From Candidatus Hadarchaeum sp. (GTDB lineage: Archaea; Hadarchaeota; Hadarchaeia; Hadarchaeales; Hadarchaeaceae): DNA of 64,000 nt. The notes under the pieces were generated by a model. It worked only from the letters and a program-made list of their open reading frames with translations, made no database searches and had not been told where the DNA came from. How positions within the stretch are numbered: the first letter of the stretch is position 1; every line of letters starts with the position of its first letter. The position numbers and the translations under genes are program-made. This document shows positions 1 through 10,408 of the stretch, one piece after another. The DNA is taken from positions 64,001-128,000 of the forward strand of contig NZ_JAVZIN010000002.1 in the NCBI RefSeq assembly GCF_038871235.1, written 5' to 3'.

Positions 1-5
1 CCAAT

Positions 6-911
6 CTACATCTGCCTGAGTACCCTAATCCGCTCGGAAAGAGGTGGGTGTGTGGCAAAAAGATCGTCTAGAGGGCTTCTCTTCGGATCGGTAAAGAAGA
101 GATGCGAAATCGCCTCGGTTACCTCCATCTTGCCGGCGTTCTTTTTCATAATCTTTTCAAGAGCGGAAGCAAGTCCTTCTGGATAACGGGTGAGTTCCAC
201 TGCGCTGGCATCGGCCAAAAATTCCCTCCGCCTTGATATCATCGCCTGCACGAGCCTCGTAGCTATGGGAGCAACTACGGCCAGAATTAACCCCGCCAGT
301 ATCAAAATTGCCGCTAAACCACCACCGCGCTCACCTTGTCTTCTCGAACCTCCGGCAAAAAAGGCCCCCCTCAATAGCAGATAGCTCAAAATGGCGGCGA
401 ATCCAACAAAAACCGCTATCATCGTCATGAAGCGTACATCGTAATTTCTTATGTGCGAGATTTCGTGGGCGACAACCCCTTCCAGCTCGATACGATTGAG
501 ACTCTCCAGTGCTCCGGTAGTTACCCCAACTGCGGCATGCTGCGGGTCGCGGCCAACCGCGAAAGCGTTTATCTCCTCGTTTTCAATGATGTAAACTTTT
601 GGCGCAGGTATGCCCGCGGCCAAGCTGAGGCCCTCCACGGTGTTTATCAGGTAGATGTGTTTCACGGGATCAGCGGGTTTGGCCCTCATGACGCTGAGCA
701 CCGCCTGATCTCCGTATCGGTAAGAAACAATTGCTTGTACAGCCATCCAGATGATTCCAAAAATAAGAATTAAAACCACAAAATCGGGAGCAAAAATATA
801 TCCTATAGCAAAAAGCAGGCAAAGAACTATCGCAGTGATGGGGAAGATCAGCAACATCGAGTTTCTTTTATTTCTATTGATCTGGTCGTAAAAGCTAATT
901 CGCGGCATCAA
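6..911 (-). CDS. htpX: M48-family zinc metalloprotease HtpX
   Basis: HEISH zinc motif, NAFA, SRRREFLAD and THPP motifs, TM helices; coupled to lemA. Confidence 0.93.
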   Translation of the reverse strand: MMPRISFYDQINRNKRNSMLLIFPITAIVLCLLFAIGYIFAPDFVVLILIFGIIWMAVQAIVSYRYGDQAVLSVMRAKPADPVKHIYLINTVEGLSLAAGIPAPKVYIIENEEINAFAVGRDPQHAAVGVTTGALESLNRIELEGVVAHEISHIRNYDVRFMTMIAVFVGFAAILSYLLLRGAFFAGGSRRQGERGGGLAAILILAGLILAVVAPIATRLVQAMISRRREFLADASAVELTRYPEGLASALEKIMKKNAGKMEVTEAISHLFFTDPKRSPLDDLFATHPPLSERIRVLRQM

Positions 912-1471
912 AAGGTCACTTTAGGAACCGCTCGCTCTTTCTCCGTAATCTCAAAATAGGGCTTCTGCTCGGTCCTGCCCATCCTCTGAGCAAACCATCG
1001 CCCGGGGAAAGTCGTAATTGCGTTGTTATAAGCAAGCACTGAGTCGTTATAGAATTGTCTGGCGTAGGCAATTTTGCTCTCGATACCGTCGAGCTGCTCT
1101 TGGAGTAATTTAAAGTTCTCGCTGGCCTTGAGGTTTGGGTAGTTCTCAGCCAAGGCAAAAATAGTCTTCATCGCTGCCGCTAACTCAACTCCTGCATCCA
1201 TCTTATCCTTAACCGTCTGGGCCCCCATCATCCTTTCCCGAGCCTTGGTCACCATTTCAATGGCTTTTTTCTCGTGCGCCATGTAACCCTTAACAGTTTC
1301 CACAAGGTTGGGTACCAAATCAGCTCTTTTCTTGAGTTGTACGTCTATCTGTGCCCACGCATTATCAATTCTGTTTGACAGGGAGATTATCCGATTGTAA
1401 TAGTTGAAAAACAGGGCGACTATCACCAGCAAAACTATTACAACAATAATGATTAGAATCCATTCCCACAC
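908..1471 (-). CDS. lemA: LemA family protein
   Basis: N-terminal TM; IDVQLKKRADLVPNLVETVKGY and AENYPNLKAS signatures. Confidence 0.95.
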   Translation of the reverse strand: MWEWILIIIVVIVLLVIVALFFNYYNRIISLSNRIDNAWAQIDVQLKKRADLVPNLVETVKGYMAHEKKAIEMVTKARERMMGAQTVKDKMDAGVELAAAMKTIFALAENYPNLKASENFKLLQEQLDGIESKIAYARQFYNDSVLAYNNAITTFPGRWFAQRMGRTEQKPYFEITEKERAVPKVTF

Positions 1472-1505
1472 TTTCTCGCCTACTGCTTTTTATGGCTCCT
1501 GACAT

Positions 1506-2267
1506 TTAAACATATCCAAACAACCTAATCATAAACTGCCAATAAATATCGCCGAAAAATACCGTTACGAAAACACCTGCGGCTAGTGCTGGCGCAAACG
1601 GCATTCCCTTTTTGATCCTTAATTCATCCTTAATTCTGCCCTCTCTGACCAGCCTCTTGAGAACTCCAACTTGATAACGGGTTAATCCTGCCGCCCTACG
1701 GGGGTTCGTGTATGTTTTATCCCAATCGCTTTTCAGGTAAAACCAAGAAGAAGTCCGATATATTTTGCCTCCTTTTTCATAAATTAGTTCAGCCGGAATC
1801 ATGCCCTCTTTCAGCTCGGTGATCTTAACTGTCGCATAAAAAGCGCTCCCCCCTCGTGCACGTAAAAAAACGAAGTAAACCAGCATAAAAGGCAGAATGA
1901 TCAAAATGCTGTTAAAAAGGATGGTCAGGGGTACGGGGTAAATCGGGTTTTCTGTGGGCATTTTATATCCGTAGAGCAAGGCCCCAAGCGCGGTGAACAG
2001 TTTAACGTCTCCACCTGCCCACCCCCCCGTCCGCCAGAGAAGATAACCAATGGCGAAAGAGATTGCAGCACCGAGAACTCCGGATATCATGACGAAAAAA
2101 TCAAGCGAAAAAATTCCAAGAAGAATATAGTAAATTATGCCGAAGAAAATCATGGTAAAATTCAGTTCGTTAGGTATTATGCGTTTGCGCAGATCAGTAT
2201 ATACTGCAATGATTGAACCAACCACTGCAATAACAGTGGGTATAAAATCAAAACCCATCAAGCTCAT
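1506..2267 (-). CDS. A24-family prepilin peptidase
   Basis: TDLRKRIIPN and GGDVK aspartate motifs, C-terminal PFAP; lies downstream of the pilin. Confidence 0.88.
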   Translation of the reverse strand: MSLMGFDFIPTVIAVVGSIIAVYTDLRKRIIPNELNFTMIFFGIIYYILLGIFSLDFFVMISGVLGAAISFAIGYLLWRTGGWAGGDVKLFTALGALLYGYKMPTENPIYPVPLTILFNSILIILPFMLVYFVFLRARGGSAFYATVKITELKEGMIPAELIYEKGGKIYRTSSWFYLKSDWDKTYTNPRRAAGLTRYQVGVLKRLVREGRIKDELRIKKGMPFAPALAAGVFVTVFFGDIYWQFMIRLFGYV

Positions 2268-2430
2268 ACACTCAGTTTTATTATAATTTGGAAATGGTTT
2301 TAGCTATTGTGTTCTTAAATTTTTATTTCACAAACTTCATCTAACTCAAGCCTTCTCTAACCAAAAACCAACAAATAAAAAAGATTAAAAAATTTGCTGA
2401 TTTTAATTAGTTAGTAGCAAAACTATTTCT

Positions 2431-2805
2431 CTAGCTCACGGTAGCCGCATCATATACGTTGCCCTTATATCGTATCTTCAGCAAATCTCCGGTTTGACAA
2501 CCCGAAGCGGACAGAGCTACTGGGATTCCTCTCTCTAAATCGAACGAAACAGTTTGCCAGCTTGATATAGCTGTAGCACCCCGATACACAGCATATTCCC
2601 ATTCTCCTGCGTTTATCTTGGATGGAACCATTGTACTCGATGGTGTAAAATTAATGTTGTCACCGTTCTTTACGGCAGTTCCTGTTATAATCGCCGATGG
2701 CCCTGTGCTTGTAACGTAGTATACGGCTATGGCAACTATGACCAAAACTGCTGCCAACATGAGTAAGTATTCAGTTGCTCCTTGACCCCTCTTATCAAAC
2801 CTCAT
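2431..2805 (-). CDS. Type IV pilin with class III signal peptide
   Basis: KRG|QGATEY followed by a hydrophobic helix (Q+1, E+5). Confidence 0.88.
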   Translation of the reverse strand: MRFDKRGQGATEYLLMLAAVLVIVAIAVYYVTSTGPSAIITGTAVKNGDNINFTPSSTMVPSKINAGEWEYAVYRGATAISSWQTVSFDLERGIPVALSASGCQTGDLLKIRYKGNVYDAATVS

Positions 2806-2839
2806 TTTATCCCTCCGGTTCTAACTCCGCGAAAAATTT

Positions 2840-2894
2840 GATTTAAGAACTTCTTTACGAAGTTCGAAAGTTTAAGTTTCTAAATCTGAAACTT
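2840..2894 (-). promoter_or_regulatory. Pilin promoter with two inverted repeats
   Basis: Minus-strand TTAAAT near 2841-2846; GAACTTC-N5-GAAGTTC (2847-2865) and AAGTTTC-N7-GAAACTT (2874-2894). Confidence 0.5.
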
Positions 2895-2922
2895 GCCGCG
2901 ACAAAATTACCGGCCCAAGCGC

Positions 2923-3849
2923 TCAAATTGATTTAGGCACCAAAAAATTTATCACATATCCTGCCAAAACAAAAACCACGGTTGCTACTATCATAAACGG
3001 AATGGTGTATGTGAGTCCTTTTGATATCTTTCCATATCTTAGGAGACCGACGACTAGGCTGCAAATAAAGGCCTGTAGTGCGTTATAAACCATCGCAATG
3101 ATGGCCATCTCTGAAGATATACCAATATTGGTTCCACCTACCCTGATGCCGCTGACACCAACCGTCAGCCCCACTATAAACGGGGCCGCAAATAAGGTCA
3201 CCGCATACAGAAACATTATCTGTTGCGTGGTCGCGGCTTTCCGTTCCCGCTGTATGGCCTGAATTTCACGAATATCGCTTGCAACTGAATCCAAAACATT
3301 GGCCAAAGCTGCACCGCGCTCAATTCCTTCTGCAATCAGTTGAAATGCTCTCTGAAACAAGGATGAACAAGATCTTCGGGACAGGGCCAAAAGCGCATTA
3401 ATGAGCGGCCTTCCTTTATTGACCTCAGTTATCACTCTCTCAAACTCTAACGAAAGTTCTCCGTAATTAGATCTAGCAATATCCTCCAGCGCTGAATCTA
3501 TACCCACTCCCGCCCTAAGTGTGCTCGCCATCTGATGAAGTGCATCCGGCAACGCCCGTTCAAGTTCAGCCGCTCTTCGCTGGGCCAGTAACGCCAACAA
3601 TCCTTGCGATATACTCACAAAGGAAACAATGGCAGCCAAAGGAGCCAGAAAAATTAACAACCATCCAAAGAAAAATGATATCGTCACTATTGCTAATGTC
3701 ACCCCGACTGAAAATACCACAGATATCCCCAAAAACTGCTCCGCGGATAGCCTCAGCTTAGTTGACTCCAACTTTCGGCCAATTTTATATCTAAATTTTT
3801 CTGAAAAAACCCGCCTCGCCAAGTCCGTTAACCACCGCGAGAACACCAT
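2923..3849 (-). CDS. Type II secretion F-family (TadC-like) pilus platform protein
   Basis: LPDALHQMASTLRAG and YGELSLEF motifs, multiple TMs. Confidence 0.88.
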   Translation of the reverse strand: MVFSRWLTDLARRVFSEKFRYKIGRKLESTKLRLSAEQFLGISVVFSVGVTLAIVTISFFFGWLLIFLAPLAAIVSFVSISQGLLALLAQRRAAELERALPDALHQMASTLRAGVGIDSALEDIARSNYGELSLEFERVITEVNKGRPLINALLALSRRSCSSLFQRAFQLIAEGIERGAALANVLDSVASDIREIQAIQRERKAATTQQIMFLYAVTLFAAPFIVGLTVGVSGIRVGGTNIGISSEMAIIAMVYNALQAFICSLVVGLLRYGKISKGLTYTIPFMIVATVVFVLAGYVINFLVPKSI

Positions 3850-3850
3850 C

Positions 3851-4894
3851 TCATAACCTCGGTTCTAGTTTCTTTATCATAATTACGAAATAAAACAACA
3901 GAAAGGGGAGCAAAATTAGATAGATAACACCAGCGGCCTGAGTTGATATCCCCGCCCGCCCCATTCCTGAGGAAATGTTTACCGTTATCATCAGCATTGC
4001 CGGTATTACCGCGGAAACAAACATGTAGATCATTGTAATCATATTCAGAGACTGAGTGTAATCGCGCAACTTCATGCGCATCTCAAAGGCGGCCTCATCC
4101 GCCAACACGCTCAAAACCTTGGCTAGGTCCCCACCGGTTCTCAAGGCCCTTCTTATCTGGCGTGTGGTCTTTCGAAGGGGCTCCGAAGGCACCCGACCAT
4201 CTAGGCGTGCTAATGCTTCCTCAAAACTAACACCTTTATTCATGTCCGAGATAACCCTGCTGAATTCCTCGGAGAGTGCCCCGTAATCGGCTCGACTTAT
4301 TGAGGTAATCGTCTCCGGTAGGCCTATTCCTGACGAAAGTTGGGTACTCATGTGTCGCAGAGCATACGGGAGAACTCTATTCACCTCCGCAACTCTTGAG
4401 TTTAACTTGCGCTTGGGATATGTCCTAACAAAATACACTGTAAATAAAAAAGATAATGCCCCGCCAATACCTAGGAACAAAAATGGAACGACAAAATAGA
4501 ACAACAAGACTGATGTAAAGGCCGCCATAAGAAAGCCGCTGACAATTGTTTTCACCGCGCGTCTCTTAGAAGGAGTCTCTGTACTGAGTTGAAAGGAGTC
4601 GGTGCTTACTCTCTTGAAGAACTTAGCAAGTGAAAATTTTTCTGATTCTTTATCAAATGAATCTAGACTTGTCGCACCACCCCATAGCTGACTGTTTGAA
4701 TTTTCCTCAAAATCCGAAACTGGCTCCTCGACTCGAAATACGCTGGAACTCTTAATTTGTTTTTTAGCTACTGATGTTGACTGGCGCATTGAACCCCGAA
4801 TCTTTTGGACCGACTCACCCACGCTAAAGACCTTATTTCCAACCGCCAAAAAGATCTTTACCAAACCTTTCTTTCCGGCCCTTCTTTTTGACAT
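3851..4894 (-). CDS. Type II secretion F-family (TadB/TadC-like) platform protein with N-terminal extension
   Basis: LPYALRHMSTQLSSG, YGALSEEF and TGGDLA motifs. Confidence 0.88.
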   Translation of the reverse strand: MSKRRAGKKGLVKIFLAVGNKVFSVGESVQKIRGSMRQSTSVAKKQIKSSSVFRVEEPVSDFEENSNSQLWGGATSLDSFDKESEKFSLAKFFKRVSTDSFQLSTETPSKRRAVKTIVSGFLMAAFTSVLLFYFVVPFLFLGIGGALSFLFTVYFVRTYPKRKLNSRVAEVNRVLPYALRHMSTQLSSGIGLPETITSISRADYGALSEEFSRVISDMNKGVSFEEALARLDGRVPSEPLRKTTRQIRRALRTGGDLAKVLSVLADEAAFEMRMKLRDYTQSLNMITMIYMFVSAVIPAMLMITVNISSGMGRAGISTQAAGVIYLILLPFLLFYFVIMIKKLEPRL

Positions 4895-4910
4895 GGCACC
4901 ACGGTCGGCC

Positions 4911-6599
4911 TCAAGATTTTTTTAATCCAGCTTTATTCAACACCGCAGCAGGGTTTCGATAATATTCTTGGACCAATTTACCCACCTCAAAGATATTCCG
5001 AAGGCCCTCGCGCTTCATCCAACTGAGAAGCTTTTCTCTTCTCCTCAACTCAACTTCTATCTCATCCCCGCTGACACCGCTGAACTCAGCAATCATCCTT
5101 TTTATTTTTATTGGCACTCCTGTGGGCTCAACTGTGTCGGTTTTAGGATTCCATCTGAAGATCCGGCTTAGCTGTGGCTTTCCTCCCTCAAATCCAGTAA
5201 TTTCGGCCACCTCAGTAACTCGGCGAATCTGCCCCATCTGCCTATGATAAATGCGCTGTTGCATGATGACAACATCCAGAGCGGTGATCATCATATGGGG
5301 GACACTCATTGGTGGCTCCGTCAATCTGGTGATGGTCTCCATTGCACTGTTAGCATGCACGGTACCCATACACCCATCGTGTCCAGTATTCATGGCGGTG
5401 AACATAGTCCTCGCTTCAGGCCCCCTCACCTCACCGACGATCATCCTGTCCGGCCTCATCCTCAGTGCATTCTTGACCAAATCATCCATCGTTATCTCTC
5501 CGCGCCCCTCAACGTTCGGTGGTCTGGTCTCCAGTCTTATCCAGTGTTTATGCGGGAGCTGAAGCTCGGCCGTGTCCTCGATGGAGATTATCCTCTCCCT
5601 CTCCGGGATAAAAGTTGTAGCACAGTTTAACGTCGTGGTTTTTCCTGAGCCAGTCCCTCCTGCTATCAAAATATTGGCCGGCTTTACTCCCAACCCGTCC
5701 ACGATCAACCAGAGAAAGGCGGCAAAATTTAACGACATGGTACCATAATCGAGGATATCCAAAATAGTCAACGGGTCCCTTCTAAATTTCCTTACCGATA
5801 TGGTTGGGCCATCAATAGAAACTGGTGGTATCGTCGCATTGACCCTGCTACCGTCCGGCAGTCTCGCGTCTAGCAAGGGAGATTGCTGGTCTATGCGCCT
5901 ACCTACAACCCGGGCCATTTTGTCTATTAAATACTTTATAGACCTCACATCTCGGAAAACTATGTTTGTAAAACACATCCCATATTTGCGGTGATAAACG
6001 TAAACGGGCTTGTTAACGCCAATGACCATGATGTCCTCAAGTCTGTCATCCGCTATGAGCGGGTCAAGCATTCCATACCCTAGCATGTCCCTAACGGCAA
6101 GTTCTCCAAGCTGGTGAAAGCGGTCTGCAGGAATTTTAACTCCTCTGCTCTCCCGCGCTATTATCTTTAAAACTTCTTGGGTGAACGTACGCTGCCGTTT
6201 CGCTGGGTCTGATATCCCTTCTGGGTTTATTTTTATCTCTTCGGCGGCGATGTCCTTAACTATTTCAAGAAGTCGTTGTTCTTCCTCCGTGATCTCGGGC
6301 ATTTTCACCCTGTAAAAAATTAAGGGTTGCCCTTCTTCCGATATTATTTCTACCTGTCCGTAACTTTCAAGTATTTTTTCTCGAACACGAGTTTCTTTGA
6401 CCTGAAAAACAGAGGAACTAGCCGACTTTTTTTTACCTTTTATGTCTGTCCTAGGCTTAGTTAATTTGTCTGGAGGAGGGGACTCTTTTGCATCTGAGAA
6501 GAGGTAACTGGACGAAGCTACTTTTACAGAATGATTCATCATTTTTTTCGAAATAGCCCGGCTAATACCCCGAATCAAATTTTTGGGCGCTTTTGACAC
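4911..6599 (-). CDS. CpaF/TadA/VirB11-family pilus assembly ATPase
   Basis: Walker A GGTGSGKTT, IEDTAEL, LRMRPDRMIVGEVRG and TGHDG motifs. Confidence 0.95.
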   Translation of the reverse strand: MSKAPKNLIRGISRAISKKMMNHSVKVASSSYLFSDAKESPPPDKLTKPRTDIKGKKKSASSSVFQVKETRVREKILESYGQVEIISEEGQPLIFYRVKMPEITEEEQRLLEIVKDIAAEEIKINPEGISDPAKRQRTFTQEVLKIIARESRGVKIPADRFHQLGELAVRDMLGYGMLDPLIADDRLEDIMVIGVNKPVYVYHRKYGMCFTNIVFRDVRSIKYLIDKMARVVGRRIDQQSPLLDARLPDGSRVNATIPPVSIDGPTISVRKFRRDPLTILDILDYGTMSLNFAAFLWLIVDGLGVKPANILIAGGTGSGKTTTLNCATTFIPERERIISIEDTAELQLPHKHWIRLETRPPNVEGRGEITMDDLVKNALRMRPDRMIVGEVRGPEARTMFTAMNTGHDGCMGTVHANSAMETITRLTEPPMSVPHMMITALDVVIMQQRIYHRQMGQIRRVTEVAEITGFEGGKPQLSRIFRWNPKTDTVEPTGVPIKIKRMIAEFSGVSGDEIEVELRRREKLLSWMKREGLRNIFEVGKLVQEYYRNPAAVLNKAGLKKS

Positions 6600-6707
6600 G
6601 GGCAGACCATCTTACGTAAGTTATAAATGCGTTAAAAGGATTATTTATCAAATACTGAAAGTAAAGTTTAAATCTGAAAACAATGGTAAAAATAGGAGGG
6701 CGATATT
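6600..6707. promoter_or_regulatory. Divergent promoter region for the pilus ATPase and thermosome
   Basis: Minus-strand TTTATAA (6621-6627), plus-strand TTTAAAT (6667-6673), palindrome CTTACGTAAG (6611-6620), GGAGG before the thermosome ATG. Confidence 0.55.
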
Positions 6708-8351
6708 ATGAGTGCGCTAGGAGGTAGGCCGGTACTCGTGCTGCCAGAAGGTACCCGAAGACTGATCGGGCGTGATGCCCAAAGAATGAATATTCTTGCG
6801 GCCCGGGTTATCGGCGAAGCCGTTAGAACTACCCTGGGTCCGCGTGGTATGGACAAAATGTTAGTTGACAGCTTGGGCGACGTCGTAATAACTAACGACG
6901 GCGTCACCATATTAAAAGAAATGGAAGTGGAGCACCCTGCAGCGAAGATGATGGTGGAGGTCGCCAAGACGCAAGACGAACAAGTGGGCGATGGAACTAC
7001 AACCGCCGTCGTCATCGCAGGGGAGCTGCTGCACGAAGCTGAACGCCTTTTAGACCAGTCGATTCACCCGACTGTCATCGCTGGCGGATACCGGCTCGCC
7101 GCTGAAAAGGCCCAGCAGATTCTGGACAGCATCGCTGAACCGCTGAAAATCAGTGATGACGAGATACTGAAGAAGATAGCTATGACGGCGATGAGCGGCA
7201 AAAAAGCCGAAGGATCAAGAGAAAAATTGGCTGACCTTGTTGTCAAAGCGGTAAAACAGATAGTTGATAAAACCGATGGGGGCTACATTGCAGACATTGA
7301 TTACATCGGTGTGGAGAAAAAGCCAGGAGAAAGCACCGATGACTCTCAGCTGATCCAAGGTGTAATTTTGGACAAAGAGAGGGTTCACCCAGGAATGCCC
7401 AAGAGAGTTAAAAACGCAAAGATAGCCCTACTCGACTGTGCCTTAGAGATAGAGAAGACCGAAACCGACGCCGAAATCAGGATAACAAGTCCAGACCAGC
7501 TCAAGGCTTTCATGAACGAGGAGGAATCCATACTCAAGGGCATGGTTGACAAGATCGTTGCCACCGGAGCTAACGTCGTCATCTGCCAGAAAGGTATAGA
7601 CGACTTGGCCCAGCACTACCTTGCCAAGGCAGGAATTTACGCAGTGAGGCGGGCGAAAAAGTCCGATATGGAAAAGCTGGCCCGCGCGACCGGAGGAAAA
7701 GTGGTCACCAACCTTGATGACCTCACGGCAAATGATTTGGGCAAGGCCAGCTTGGTGGAAGAAAGAAAAATCGGCGACGACAAGATGACCTTCGTTGAAG
7801 GCTGCAAAGACCCCAAGGCTGTTAGCCTGCTCATTAGGGGAGGAACGGAGCACGTTGTTGATGAGGTAGAAAGAGCCGTTCACGACGCCATCTGTGTTGT
7901 TGGTGCCGCAATTGAAGATGGAAAATATGTGGTTGGTGGCGGTGCACCCGAAGTCGAGTTGGCCAAGCGACTGAGAGAATATTCTGAAACTGTCGGCGGC
8001 AGGGAGGCTCTAGCCATCAACGCCTTCGCCAATGCCGTCGAATCCATACCTAGAACCTTAGCTGAAAACGCCGGAATCGACAGCATAGATATCTTGGTTG
8101 AACTGCGGGCCAAACATGAAAAGCCAGATGGTAAATATTATGGTATTGACGCCTACAAGGGAAAAGTAGTTGACATGAACAAAGAAGGAATCCTTGAACC
8201 ACTCAGATCAAAAACGCAGGCGATCAAATCGGCCAGCGAAGCTGCAATAATGATACTGAGAATTGATGATGTCATCGCTGCCTCCAAGCGTGAGATCTCT
8301 CCGCCTAAGGGCCCAAGCAAAGAAGGCGAGGAAGAAATCGGCGAGGATTAA
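6708..8351 (+). CDS. ths: Thermosome subunit (group II chaperonin)
   Basis: [21 protein letters not shown] and LRIDDVI motifs. Confidence 0.98.
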   Translation: MSALGGRPVLVLPEGTRRLIGRDAQRMNILAARVIGEAVRTTLGPRGMDKMLVDSLGDVVITNDGVTILKEMEVEHPAAKMMVEVAKTQDEQVGDGTTTAVVIAGELLHEAERLLDQSIHPTVIAGGYRLAAEKAQQILDSIAEPLKISDDEILKKIAMTAMSGKKAEGSREKLADLVVKAVKQIVDKTDGGYIADIDYIGVEKKPGESTDDSQLIQGVILDKERVHPGMPKRVKNAKIALLDCALEIEKTETDAEIRITSPDQLKAFMNEEESILKGMVDKIVATGANVVICQKGIDDLAQHYLAKAGIYAVRRAKKSDMEKLARATGGKVVTNLDDLTANDLGKASLVEERKIGDDKMTFVEGCKDPKAVSLLIRGGTEHVVDEVERAVHDAICVVGAAIEDGKYVVGGGAPEVELAKRLREYSETVGGREALAINAFANAVESIPRTLAENAGIDSIDILVELRAKHEKPDGKYYGIDAYKGKVVDMNKEGILEPLRSKTQAIKSASEAAIMILRIDDVIAASKREISPPKGPSKEGEEEIGED

Positions 8352-8353
8352 GT

Positions 8354-8815
8354 CTATCTGATGAAGACAACGGCGGCTAAGGCGGCACCGTGTTGCTCGA
8401 CAACGTGACCCGCTGAAACTGAAGTGACCTTGGTGGGTTCAAGTCCCCTCCTTTCCATCATGTATCTAACCATGTCCTCAGCCGTCCTTGCCGCCATCTT
8501 TTGAGTTATGCCGATATCGTGGTACTCAGAGACCATCCCGTGAGAGGTTTCACTGATTGCTATCCCTACTGCTGCGGCTATCTTCTGCCCTGGTGTTGAA
8601 CTACATATCTTGGAGATAACGAGGGGTACTATTGTCCCTGGTTCCATCTTCCTCCATTTGACTATCTTACAACCAATGGGCCAAATGCTGGACACTGGTA
8701 CTAGATTAAGTTCGGCAATGCCTGCCTTTCTAAGCGCATTGTCAAAGGCGACTAATTCAAATGGTCCATCGGCGTCGCCTGCTACCAACGCTGCTTCTTT
8801 GGGTACTTCCCACAT
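8354..8815 (-). CDS. pdaD: Pyruvoyl-dependent arginine decarboxylase
   Basis: AFDNALRKAGIAELNLVPVSSI with the Ser-Ser self-cleavage site. Confidence 0.88.
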   Translation of the reverse strand: MWEVPKEAALVAGDADGPFELVAFDNALRKAGIAELNLVPVSSIWPIGCKIVKWRKMEPGTIVPLVISKICSSTPGQKIAAAVGIAISETSHGMVSEYHDIGITQKMAARTAEDMVRYMMERRGLEPTKVTSVSAGHVVEQHGAALAAVVFIR

Positions 8816-8819
8816 ACTA

Positions 8820-10397
8820 TCACACTATCCTAGGTCGGTGTGTTATTTTCTCCAGTAACATTCCCTCGATCTTGAGAGGGAACTTACGTCTCGCGACTTC
8901 CAGAGCTTCATCGAGTTTTGACTCATGTTCTGCATAAATTTCAAAAAGCGGCTCTCCCTTATCAACTTTTCCCTCCTTTTTCCGCAACAACACAATGCCA
9001 GCGCCTTTGTCCCTCGGAGCACCTGCAGTCCGTGCTATCTCGTTGACATTCTGGTTGTATATTTGAGTCACGTAGCCGGAATATGGGGCCACTACTACTT
9101 CTTTTTTATCGCCGATGGGGATATCCTCTGGTTTGATGTCAGGATTTCCTCCTTGAGCAGCAATTATCTCACGCATTTTTTGATATGCCTTCCCCGACCT
9201 TAAAATTTCAATTGCCATCTCCTTACCTAATCCTGGAGGAGCCGCACCACCTAACTCAAGCATGATTGCAGCAAGGCTGGTTGATTTCTCAATTAGGCTT
9301 CCGGGACCTTTCCCAAGGAGCGCCTCTAGCGCCTCTTTTGCCTCAAGGGCAGGGCCCACATTATGTCCAATAGGCTGGCCTCCGTATGTTACTGCCACTT
9401 CCACTTGAACTTTCAAACGATGCCCAAGCTCGATAAAATCGTGAGCAAAACTGCGCGCCTCCTCAATGTTCTCAACTTTCGCTCCCGGTCCGGTTGGTAT
9501 ATCGATCAAGATGCTGTCGACTCCTTCAGCTAATTTCTTCGACATCACGCTGGCCAGTAGCTGGCATCTCGGATCAATACCCAACTGACGCTCTATGCTA
9601 ATTATTATATCGTCGGCCGGGGCTAAATTAACAGCCCCTCCCCAAGCCAAAACGCCACCTACCTTATTAGCGATCTTTTTTATTTCATCTATACTAAGGG
9701 TCACATTCGCAAGTACTTCCATAACGTCGGCAGTTCCCGCTGCGCTAGTAATGGATCTGCTGCTGGTTTTAGGAACTATTATTCCTGTTGCCGCTACTAT
9801 GGGCACCGTTATCAGAGCATACTTGTTTCCTGGAACACCTCCTATGCTATGAACATCTAGCACATGTTCCCGATCAAACTCAATTCTATCACCAGTGTCC
9901 AACATGTGTTGAGTTAGCGCAACTATCTCATCCAAATCCATATCTCTGATGAACTCGGAAACGACAAAAGCCGTCATTTCGGTGGTGCTCAAGTTACCAG
10001 CAACGATATCCCGAATAATGGCACCGATCTCATCGTGGGTCAACTTCCCGCCGGACATCTTCTTTTTAATCGAAGCAACTGACTGGGGGCGCGGCGCGAT
10101 CTCAACGCTCACCACATCACCGGATTTCAGGGCTAGGGCCTCTGTGACCTCGCGAAAAGCACCAAGTTCTCCAGGCTTAACCAGTTTATTGGTCTCATTA
10201 GCAATCGCCACGATCGTCTTATTTTCCGTGATCAATTTCACTCTATCACCGGGAAAATGGCCGATCTCTTGGGAATCTCTCTCATGTATCACAACAATGT
10301 TGCGTCCGGTTTCCATGTCAAGCGGCTTAGTTCGGAGAGTAAGTTTTTTCATGATATCAGAATTTTTTATGTCATTAAAAGACTTAAACGTTTTCAA
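8820..10397 (-). CDS. AMP phosphorylase (thymidine phosphorylase family); true start may be 10352
   Basis: DVHSIGGVPGNK, KTSSRSITSAAGTAD and AGAPRDKGAG motifs, N-terminal beta-barrel extension. Confidence 0.93.
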   Translation of the reverse strand: MKTFKSFNDIKNSDIMKKLTLRTKPLDMETGRNIVVIHERDSQEIGHFPGDRVKLITENKTIVAIANETNKLVKPGELGAFREVTEALALKSGDVVSVEIAPRPQSVASIKKKMSGGKLTHDEIGAIIRDIVAGNLSTTEMTAFVVSEFIRDMDLDEIVALTQHMLDTGDRIEFDREHVLDVHSIGGVPGNKYALITVPIVAATGIIVPKTSSRSITSAAGTADVMEVLANVTLSIDEIKKIANKVGGVLAWGGAVNLAPADDIIISIERQLGIDPRCQLLASVMSKKLAEGVDSILIDIPTGPGAKVENIEEARSFAHDFIELGHRLKVQVEVAVTYGGQPIGHNVGPALEAKEALEALLGKGPGSLIEKSTSLAAIMLELGGAAPPGLGKEMAIEILRSGKAYQKMREIIAAQGGNPDIKPEDIPIGDKKEVVVAPYSGYVTQIYNQNVNEIARTAGAPRDKGAGIVLLRKKEGKVDKGEPLFEIYAEHESKLDEALEVARRKFPLKIEGMLLEKITHRPRIV

Positions 10398-10408
10398 ACA
10401 AATGATGA

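Noticed and set aside
2268-2430. AT-rich spacer as a possible CRISPR leader or origin
   Set aside because: No repeat-spacer array or ORB-like repeats; consistent with a terminator plus promoter.
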